A stretch of DNA of 63,996 nt, the filler included, from Reclinomonas americana ATCC 50394 (lineage: Eukaryota): NCBI GenBank assembly GCA_048213135.1. It is 17 parts of 17 records of this genome, joined end to end, with 100 filler letters (N's around TTAATTAATTAA, not from the genome) between each part and the next. Parts side by side here need not be neighbours in the genome. Positions count along the whole stretch, not along the records: positions 52,767 to 57,638 come from AFZH01021820.1; positions 57,739 to 58,898 come from AFZH01021821.1; positions 58,999 to 61,404 come from AFZH01021823.1; positions 61,505 to 63,996 come from AFZH01021824.1; 13 more parts are not named here. One strand, written 5' to 3'. The translations under genes were made by a program, and so were the position numbers. The notes under the pieces are model-generated. The model had not been told where the DNA came from. It saw nothing but the letters and a program-made list of their open reading frames with translations, and searched no databases. Below are positions 54,139 to 63,996 of the stretch, one piece after another; the first letter of the stretch is position 1, and every line of letters begins with the position of its first letter.

Positions 54139-54337
54139 TCTCGCACACACACACGCACGCACACGGAGTGAGCGGTGTTGTCTTGCGCCGAACTCCGGCT
54201 TTTATTGCTGTGTGATTGTGTCCTCGACGTCACCACCATCGTATGATACGTACGCTTCGTATTTATGAATGTGTGTATGAGGTAGCGCAGCCGCAACAAC
54301 AAAGAATGGAAAGAAAAGAAAGAGATAATCTACCGCT

Positions 54338-56582
54338 TTAGATGAATTGCATGGCCACCGTGGCCAGGCCGAGACCAATGATTATTGTTCCGAGAGTATA
54401 CGTCCACGCCATGGGCGGTCGCTTGCTGGGGTCCTTTTGCCTCAGGGCCCGCCAGTGCGCCACCACCGGGAAGGCGTACATGTAGATGAGACCGGAGAAG
54501 GCACCGGTGAACCGCAGAATGGTGCCAATGTACGGGTAAAACACACTGAAGCACGTGGTGGTTGCTGTGTGTGCAACAAGCATGACTACCGTTTAGCGCG
54601 CCGTTCTCCACTCGAAAAAGCAGTGTGCAAGGCACTTACCGAGAACCACGGCGTTCAACAAAATCACCCAGCCCCAGTTCGGCCATGCGTCCTTGAAAAT
54701 GTAGCCGTAGATTTGTGTGCGGATGAGGTAGACCAGCAGCGGGTACACGGTGCCGAGCTGGAAGAACACGCTGAGACGCGCGCACAAAGCCAGCAGGTCG
54801 TCGGCGCCAAACTGCGTCGAAAAGTTCTGCTCAATCGTCTCGCCACGGAAGCCCCACTGCGCAATGGCGCCGGGGATGAAGTAGCAGAGACCCGAGAGCG
54901 CAAAGGCAATCGCCAGATCGCGCCGGTTGTTCTCCGGCCGCGCCGCATTCTTCATGATTGGCAGGATGCCATTGTGGATGAAGAACGACAGACTTAGCAC
55001 ACCGCACAAGTGCGCCCATTGGCCTGCACGACGATATATCAGTGTCGAATGCACCAAGGCGGTGATGGGTGGCGAGGAGACACAACTGTTGTACAACTCG
55101 ATCTCCGGTCGCGGCTTGTTGTCGATCACGTCGCTGGAGTGCATGATGCTCTCCACCACGATGAACGACACCAGCAGGATCACAAAGAGAATGCCGAACG
55201 AGTTGAACTTGACCAGGAACGACACCTTCTTGATGTGCAACAGCGGCACCAGCACCACTAATACCGTGCAGGCGGCAATGGCCGGCGTCCACCAGCCGTC
55301 ATTCGGATCGCTGTGGATGGCGTCGCGGAAGGCCACAATCACCGAGTAGAACGTCTGCGACATGATTACGTGATACACAATGGCTGCCACCACGGAAACA
55401 CACACGACATGACATGAGTCGATGTTGCTTTCCTGAGATGCGAAAGTCAGCGGCGGCACGCAACTGGCACCCAGCAACACCGCCGAGCTCAGCGACAGCG
55501 TGACCACTTGCGTCCATTGGCCAATGTACTCCACGCACACCTCGCTGAAGTCGTGCTTGTTGTCGCCGTGCCGCAGAATCAGCGTGGCCGTGTAGTACGC
55601 GACGGCCAAGATCAGGAAAAAGATGCCAATGCCCATCAACAGACCGCTCTGCGCAAACGCCCACGGCATCGACAGAATGGTGGAGCCGACCATGGTGTTC
55701 CAGATGGAGAAGATGATGGCGATGGAGCCCTGCTTCCCGTCCGTCGACGGCGCCACAAACGGACTCTGCACCAGAAACATCTCCGACGGCAACACATGCG
55801 GCGGTGGTCTCATGATGTGCAGCGGCATGATCAAGCTGTCGCCGTCTTTCGACGCCATACTCGTGTCGGAGTGGAACGCCGCATGCGACGCCAGCTTGCC
55901 ATAGTACTGCGCGCACACCGCCGTGGTGAGAAGAAAAACCACGCGCAGAACAGCGCGGACAACTACCGCGCGCACCTTGACACGATGAAACATCGGCTGC
56001 TTGGAATTCGGCGTGTAAGGCTTGCGCACCACCACATCGTCAACTGTGGCAAAGCGGCCCTGCCCTCGTGCTGCTCTATTCTCCGAGCCCGGTCTGCGCA
56101 TACCCATAAACACTCTCATTCCTCCGATATCACATCCGCACATGCACATGCATTCAAAGACGCAACGGTCCCGCCGAATCCCCATCTCCGCGATCCAGTG
56201 GTGGCGTCACCGACCGCTCATCATCGTCATCGCCGTCGCCCACCTCCAGCGGAGCATGCCCGAGTCCAATCGATCCCGTGCTCCCATACGACCGCTGCCC
56301 ATGCGCAGGAGGCGGTTTCAAGTGATGCTGATGAGGAGCAGCAGCACGTGCCGCACTACCCGCCACATGCTGCTGCTGCTCATCATCATGTGCCAGTGGC
56401 GACGACAACAGACGATCCGTCTCCAACACCTGCAACTCATCACTGTCGTCGAATGCCAGTCTCCGCTCAACATCACCAGCAGTGCCTCCGTCATTGATCG
56501 AGCCTCCAGCACGCATCACAACAAGCGCAGGCGGAGTGTGTCGTGCGGAAGACGACGAGGGCGGCGACGATGGCGACCGCAT
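54338..56582 (-). CDS. SLC38A9: SLC38A9-like lysosomal amino-acid transporter/transceptor
   Basis: SIAIIFSIWNTMVGSTILSMPWAF, LLGATIVYHVIMS, KFNSFGI, GVLSLSFFIHNGILPIMKNAARPENNRRDL, IEQNF and FQLGTVYPLLVYLIR. Confidence 0.9.
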
Positions 56583-56812
56583 GGCAAACTCACTTGCTCA
56601 CACACACGCGCGCGCGTGCACACGAGCTCCGAGTGTGAGACAGCAAAGGAGAGAGACAGCAGACACGCGGCCTTGTGTGTGGCGTGCGTCAATGCTCCAC
56701 CGTGCAGAGGTTCCGTGATTCTTGCGGGACATTGTTTGTGTGAGTCACGCTTGTTGCCACACACACACTCTCTCTACGCGCTGAGTGTGTGTGTGTTGTT
56801 GTTGTGTTCCTT

Positions 56813-57761
56813 ATGGCCAACCCGTGCCTATGGTTGTACCGCATTCTCATCTGGCCCTTCCGGCTGATGGTGCTCTTCCTGCGCACACTGGTCTCTGGCG
56901 ACAAGATCCGCACGCGCGATGGCTTCTGGACCGACCTCGACTGCTCATACATCTGCGATGAACCGCATGAGAAGCTCATTGGTGAGAGCGCGCAAAGAAA
57001 GAGGGCATGTCTGACTTTCTTCTCACACACGCACTCTGTGTGTGTTTTAGCCATGGCATTCCCTGCGTCTGGGATTGCGCAACTGTGGCGCAATCCGATT
57101 ACGGAGGTGGCGGCGTACTTTCGCAAGCGACACGGTCTCGGGCACTATCGCGTCTTCAATCTGTCGGAGATTGAGTATAACTATGGGGATTTCGACAATG
57201 CGGTGGAGGAGTACGGCTTCCCCGATCATCACTCCCCGCCCATGGACTACCTCTACATGATCTGCACGAAAATCGATGAGTATCTCAAGGAGGATCCGCG
57301 GAATGCTGTCGCCGTGCATTGCCTGGTCAGTTCTTCTTCGTGCGAGAAGCTTGCTTGCCCTGCTGGCTCTCTTTCACTCATTCTCCTCACTCCTTCTCCT
57401 TCTTCTTGTGCATCTTGTTGTTATTGTTGTTCTTCTTCTACTACTTCTTTTTCTTCGTCGTCTTCTTCTTCTTCTTCTTCTTCTTGTTCTTCTCCCTCTC
57501 CTTCTTCTTCATCGCCTTCTTGCTCTTCTTCTTCTCCTCTTCCTTGTTCTTCTTCTTCTTCTTCTTCTTCTTCTTCTTCTTCTTCTTCTTCTTCTTCTTC
57601 TTCATCTTGTTCTTGTTGTTGTTCTTGTTGTTCTAGTTNNNNNNNNNNNNNNNNNNNNNNNNNNNNNNNNNNNNNNNNNNNNTTAATTAATTAANNNNNN
57701 NNNNNNNNNNNNNNNNNNNNNNNNNNNNNNNNNNNNNNCTCTCCTCCTCCTCCTCCTCCTC

Positions 57762-57803
<42 letters not shown>

Positions 57804-58898
57804 TCACTTCACGATCTTCCTCCCTCCCCTCCCTCCATTTCCAGGCCGGTCGCGGTCGCACGGGCACGGTGATTGCGTCATACATGGTCTACAATGGCAA
57901 GTTCGACTCGGGATCCGACGCGCTCGACTGGTTCGCCGAGCAGCGCTCGCACATCAACCGTGGCGTGCAGCAGCCGTCGCAGCGCCGCTACGTGCAGTAC
58001 TTTAGCGAGCTGATTGCGGGTCGGCGACCGGAGGCCAAGGTACATCTTCCCTTCTCGTGCCTTATTTGGCATGGTCAACGTGGTGTGACTCTCTTCTCCC
58101 CAGGTCCGTTGCCTCACCGAGGTGGTGCTGTATGCGGTGCCGAATTTTGATCACAATGGCGGCTGTCGACCGGTGCTGGAGGTGCGATCGGCGCCGACAC
58201 AGCACCAAAAGTCCAAGCTGCTGTTCAGCTCCTGTCCCGCCGTCAGCTCCGGCCTCATGGACACGGAGTTGCCAAAGTGCGTTTCCTTCTCTCTCTCTCC
58301 TTCTTATTTCATCTTTGTCGCCGTACTCAATGATGCGGCACAGACGTTTTGAGCAGAAAGATGGAGCCATTTCAATACCCGTGGGCCTGGTGCTGCCGCC
58401 GCTGGCCGACGTCTACATTCGCGTCATTCACTTCAAGGGCAAGAAGAAGAAGAACAAGCTCATGTTCCGCTTCGGCTTCAACACCGGTTTCATCGTGTCC
58501 GGCGTGCTGCGGTTCACGCGCCTGGAGATCGACGACGCCTGCAAGGACAAGAAGAACCGCTTCGGCAAGGACTTTTTCATGGACCTGAACTTTGAGGACC
58601 GCGATGACCACCCACCGACCTCCTTCGACTCGGACATTTCCACCATCTCGGCACCCGTGATGGACGCACTCGTGCGGCGGCGAGTTGCGTCATCACACCA
58701 TGAGCTTTTGTGGAAACGCTTGTATTTGCTCATCTTTTTCGCGTATAGGAACACTTGCGGCAAGCCGAAGCGTCGCTGCAGGCGGCAGCGCTCACCGAGG
58801 ACGCACTGACGGGAACGGGAACGTCGGCTTTCACCCTCGACATGGGAGGTGTGTCTCTCTCTCATTCAAGAGCCTTCGTTGTCGTTCATACTCACTCG
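56813..58898 (+). CDS. PTEN/tensin-type phosphatase plus C2 domain protein (spans a gap; 3' end in next gap)
   Basis: LRTLVSGDKIR..DLDCSYI, AMAFPA..WRNPI, RVFNLSE, FPDHHSPP, VAVHCLAGRGRTG, GVQQPSQRRYVQYF and MFRFGFNTGFI. Confidence 0.9.
57430..57635. repeat. (CTT)n trinucleotide-rich tract, intronic
   Basis: Direct observation; gives spurious poly-S/L/F ORFs. Confidence 0.9.
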
Positions 58899-58998
58899 NN
58901 NNNNNNNNNNNNNNNNNNNNNNNNNNNNNNNNNNNNNNNNNNTTAATTAATTAANNNNNNNNNNNNNNNNNNNNNNNNNNNNNNNNNNNNNNNNNNNN

Positions 58999-60110
58999 CG
59001 CTCGGTTGACCTCTGGCGGGTTCTTCACAGGTCGCGTATCCACGGCCACCTCGAAAGAGCCGCGGATTTTGTTTTTCTGTGTGTGCGTGTGTGCAGTTGG
59101 GAGAGTGAGCAAGTGAGTGAGTGGGTGCGTGTGAGAGGAGGGAGCAGATGTGCGTACCTCATCATAGTATGCAAAACGCAGGCCCGGCGGCGCAAATAGA
59201 CACAACAAGCTGCGCATCCGCGTCAGTCACACACGCGCGCACACACGCACACACACATTCTCTCTCTCTCTCACACACACACTCTCTCACTCACCGCCGC
59301 TTCCAGTTCTTCATCAGAAAGCCCTTCTCGCCCTGCTTGTGCACGTAGCCCTTGCGGAGCACACGCAGTGCACCAGTGGCCGTCGCCACTGGTGGCATGT
59401 GTGGCCCATCTGCATCAGCAGGCGACTCCACTGCTGCAGAGACACCGCCGCCGGCCTTGGTCAGCGAGGCGGGTTCGCCGGGCGGGCCGAGAGTCAGTCG
59501 GGGCGAAGTCACTGGCGACGCTGATGAGGACGACGAGGCGGTGGAGGAGGGCATTTGTTGGTGTGCGAGAGGTGGTGGTGGAACGGGCAGGCTCAGAGGC
59601 CCGTGTGGCGTCGTCATGGCGACGGTGGTGATTGAGGTGCGGTCCGTCCCAAGTATTTGTCCTGGTACCGCTCGATATCGACTTTTGCGGCGAGAGTGGA
59701 ATTGGCGCGCACGCCGGTGTTGGTGTGTATGGAGATTGGCGCGCGGTGTGGGCGCGAAGACTGGATCGGGAATTGCAGGTTGGTATCACATGCGCGGGCG
59801 GGAGAATCGATTCCGAATTCGTAAACGACGTCGCGCGATCGAGCACGCGTGGCGCGTTGATCATGAAACGGCACTGCTGGCCGTCTCGTGGACTGCGGTC
59901 CAGTTCGCGCGTGGATCTGGAGCAAGACGAACTGATACACAGCGCTGACGTCGACATTGATGCACACTTTTTGGACAAGTCGACAAAATCGATGTGTGGG
60001 GTGCGCCGGAGTGACAAGATTGATGCTATGGTGCAGCAGTGGGTGAAGGTGATGCAACAGAATGTATCGAAAGAACCCTGCGTGTCGATTGGGGACAGAT
60101 CGTGATCCAT
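58999..60110 (-). CDS. PH-domain protein (partial; start and 3' end unresolved)
   Basis: VLRKGYVHKQGEKGFLMKNWKRR, then LRFAYYDE and KIRGSFEV, a typical PH N-terminal half. Confidence 0.7.
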
Positions 60111-61504
60111 GCACGCATGGGCATGCGCACACTGCGTGTGTCATCATCACCTGCCGACGTCAGCACTTTTGCATGCATGTGCACGAGGGCCAGTAGCATG
60201 GGGGATCACCATCAGAACCGCTAACATGTACAGGTCAGGCGGCAAGGGCTGGGAGCGAAAGGCGACAAAAATCGAACGAGCTCGAGGATGTAATTGAATC
60301 GTCGGAATGCGAAACGCTGTCAACCGTGCGAGACTGTTCGCTGTTTCTCCAACCTACTATTCGAGTGCGGTAGTGTCAGTTCTTCTCTGCGTCTTCCTTG
60401 CTGCGTGTTTCACGCTCTTGGAGGACTGTGTTCGGTTTCTTCCTAGAAATTGTGCTGTCGGAAATACGACACAAGGTGTTTGGCATGGTGTCTCTGGCAT
60501 GTTTGCCCGTAATATGTTGACTATCCCACTGTATACTCTACCCTGTCCACTCTCTCAGCTCCTCTCGCCGAGCTGCGGAACTGGTTGGATGTGAGATCCT
60601 CCGATCCGCCACACTCTCCTCCTCCTCCTCCTCTGACCCAAAGCTCAGTCAACCGCCACGGTGTTGTCAGAGGAGCGGAGCGCGTGCCTCTCGCACTCAG
60701 CGCACACGCACGCGTCTCGGTGCATGTCCCGACCGACAACAGTCCACCCGCATCGGGTTCGGATTCACTCTCATCTCGATCTGCACCGTTACGCACCACC
60801 TCCATCAATTTCACCGCCAGTGGGCGCACCGGCGACTCACCGCCGACGCACCACCACACGGCTCGGCACCGCGCAGACACACGGGCATGACGAAGACGCA
60901 AAATTATGCCCATGTTCGGTTTCCGTTCTCCATTCGGAATGAGCGGTCGAAAGCACCTTGATTGCGTCGCTTCGAATCGACGCGGCCTCGGCACCACCAT
61001 CCGGTGACACACACGCACAACAACATCACCCGAGTGGCGAATAATTGTCGCACCACTGCCAGTGATGCGACGCGGAGCATGACATGATTGAGACACAATC
61101 GTTCAAATTTGTTCGCCGCACACTTCTGTTCTCTTCTCTCGCCACACCGACCACCTTCTCTCTTCCCGGCATCACCATCCCGCACTTCTCTCCAACCAGC
61201 ACCAAGACCGAGCGTGTGGCACGCGAGAGGCGGAGAGAGGCATGGTTTCGAGCCGGACACGATTCGCGACGTTACATCGCGAGCAAAAAACACACTCCAA
61301 ATCTTTTGTGAGCGAGCGAGTGGAAGTGGTGTCCATCCCACACAGGCTACCTTCCCTCCCCGTCTCCTCTCTGTGTCTCCCTCTTCTCCCCTCGCTATCC
61401 ACCCNNNNNNNNNNNNNNNNNNNNNNNNNNNNNNNNNNNNNNNNNNNNTTAATTAATTAANNNNNNNNNNNNNNNNNNNNNNNNNNNNNNNNNNNNNNNN
61501 NNNN

Positions 61505-63866
61505 GCCGCACCTGCAGTCGCCGCCCCCACGCAAGCGTTCTTTGCCAACACGCAACAGCAACAGCAGCAGCTGCTCCAACAGCAACAGCAGCAGCAGCAA
61601 CAGCAACAGATGCTTTTGCATGCGCAATTCATGCAAGTCATGGAGACGAACTCGTCTGCTGCGGCGGCGGCCGCCTCGGCTGCTGCGCCTCTGCAGCATC
61701 AGCAACAGTCAAACATGATGATGTATGACGAGCCGGCTGACATGCTGCCACCGCCGGCGCCCATGGCGTTCAACTATGGAGGCGACCCGCTGCAGGTGGA
61801 GCAGTACGCGGAGGAGATCTTTGCCAGCATGCGCGACCGAGAGGTGTGTGTCCACGTGTATGTGTGTGAGAGAGACGAGGGGCTAGTGAGGATTTTCCCC
61901 TTCACAGGGGTCTGTGAGCGAAAGACCACGGTTTTTGCTGTGAGCGGGCCTCAGTGGGCATTGTGTGTTTTTTGTTTTGTGTGGTATTTTTGTGTTTTTG
62001 TGGACGTGAGCGGTATCTCGTTGGCGCACTCTCCTCCTTTGTTGTTGATGTAGTTGTTGTGCGTGTGTGTGAGTGAGTGACGGAGATGCGGTTGGTGGCA
62101 CGCACCGCACACACTCGCGCGCGCGCGCACACACACGCACTCGCGAACTGTAACTCTGGAACTCCTGCTTTCCTTAACGATTTTGAGGTCGTTGTCGAAA
62201 ATCTCGCAATCACTTTCCTGTCATGCCCCTGTGTTTTTCTACGTTAACGTGTGTGCTTTTGCGACTCTGTGGTACCAATGCGCTCCGCATGCGAGCTTTG
62301 TGATGTAATATTCGCCGTGTCTTTCTTTTTCCTTCTCGCACGAGTTGTCCGCCTCACGATATATCGCACCGTCTCTCTCTCTCTCTCTCTGTGAGCTGTT
62401 GCATGTTGAGCTAGTGCTTCTCTGTTGTCGCGTTTTCTCAATCTCCGTGTGTGTGTGTGTGCGAGTCTTTGCCAAATCAAGCGACTGCGGTTGCAGACTA
62501 TTGTTGGTGCTGACTGGTGCTCTTTTGCGGCAGCTGCGGTACATGCCCAATCGCGACTACATGGCAGCACAGCAAGACATAACGCCGAAGATGCGTGGCA
62601 TCCTGGTCGACTGGCTGGTGGAGGTGGCTTTGGACTATAGGTACGTTTTTTATTGATTCTTATAGACAGAATATTCGCCTTTCCTTTCTCGCTCTCCCCC
62701 CTCTCTCTGTGTGTTGTCTCTCCCTCCTCCACCCCACCCACCCCCCACCGCACACTCTATCGTTCTCTTTGTCTCGCACATATCTCCGCCTTTTGTCCAC
62801 ACGTGTGTTTGTGTGGCCACGTCAACTAAATGTTCGGCACTGTCGCACATGCACATTGACAGAAAAGAGAAAAGATACACACACACACTCTACTCTGTCT
62901 TTCACGTGTGTCTCTTTCTCACTCACTCGCTCTTCTCCTGTTTTTCGACGTTGTCCCTCATTGATTTTCATTCTTTTCCCACGATCTCCAACGCTTGTTG
63001 CCATTTGTGACTAATCATTGCTTTTCCCCCCGCACCTTTCCACGTCACAGCTTGCATCCCGAGACGCTGTACCTCACCATCAACTACATTGACCGCTACC
63101 TGTCCATGGTGGCCGTCAACCGCACTCGCCTCCAGCTGGTCGGCATCACGTGCATGTTTGTCGCAGCGTTGCGTAACCCACTCTCGCTGTTGCCCGTTGT
63201 AGCAGAAGAGCTCATGTTCCTCTGTTTGTGATTGGGTGAGCAGCAAGTACGAGGAGATTACGCCGCCATCAGTGGAGGAGTTTGTCTACATGACCGAGAA
63301 CACGTACAACAAGGAGCAAGTGCTGGCACTGGAGACCTCGGTGCTCACCTCGCTCTCCTTCAACCTCACGGTGGTCAGCCCTTACTCGTACCTGCGCCGC
63401 TTCACTGATGCGGCGGCGCTCGGCGACATGGGTCTGCACAACCGCGCCTTCAAGATGCTGTCAGCTGTTGCGTACTTGGTCGCTGTTTGGTGTCGTCATT
63501 AGCTTTTTCTCAAAAAAACTGTCATTTCTCCCCGTGCAGTACTTTTGCGAGTTGATGTTGCAAGAATACGAAATGATCAAGTGGCCGGCATCACTGGTGG
63601 CCGCCTCGGCGGTGTGCGTGGCGCGCCACACACTTTCGCTGCCCGTGTGGAGCGAGACACTGGAAAGAACGTGTTTCTACACGCCCGCCGACCTGTCGCT
63701 GTGCATGGAGGACATTCTGTTCGTCTACAAGAGAACGCCCAATCCGCGACTGAAGGCGGTGTACGAGAAGTTCTCTCACGCGCGCTACCACCGAGTGTCG
63801 CTGATTGCGCCGCCTGCCGATCTGCCGCTGCTGTTCAAGCACCCGGCGATCCTGGCGCAAACATGA
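61505..63866 (+). CDS. Mitotic A/B-type cyclin, most like cyclin A (5' end in gap)
   Basis: [79 protein letters not shown] and AVYEKFS. Confidence 0.93.
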
Positions 63867-63996
63867 GGTGGCGGTGTGGTGGGCGGGGGAAGGCTACGAC
63901 GGTGGTGCTCTCCAGCTGGTGTCTTGTGGAGCGGCTTTTGGCTGCGGTTCTTTGCGTGTGTGTGTGGCGTGCGTTGGTTGAGTGGTTGGCTGGTGG

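Noticed and set aside
62058..62140. Inverted repeat in a cyclin intron (GTGCGTGTGTGTG / CACACACACGCAC)
   Set aside because: Explained by abundant GT/CA simple repeats; no terminal inverted repeat or target-site duplication evidence.

Overview
Gene-dense, GC-rich eukaryotic scaffold, probably from a protist. It uses the standard genetic code and has many short GT-AG spliceosomal introns (mostly about 55-85 nt). Sixteen artificial 100-nt gap spacers (N-TTAATTAATTAA-N) interrupt it, usually next to microsatellites. About 22 multi-exon genes can be reconstructed by hand. Recognisable ones are TBC1D5, VPS41, a multi-TM RGS protein, GST-zeta, a GNAT, an SK/KCNN-like channel, the ADP/ATP carrier, NCKAP1, RPL28, a PHO80-type cyclin, an AGPAT/LCLAT-type acyltransferase, SLC38A9, a PTEN-like phosphatase and an A/B-type cyclin. 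There are also an L-type lectin, two PH proteins, an FN3/IPT surface protein and a ~12 kb beta-helix multi-TM surface protein. The most striking signal is in the introns. Alongside ordinary donors (GTGCGT/GTGAGT/GTACGT), about 30 introns use a one-nucleotide-shifted 5' splice site, GTT(G/A/C)NG(T), mostly GTTGCGT, and these nearly always lack the exonic -1 G. This resembles the rare vertebrate 'shifted-register' GUUAAGU sites but appears to be a major intron class here. All gene identities come from motif recognition by eye, and exon boundaries are inferred without transcript data.
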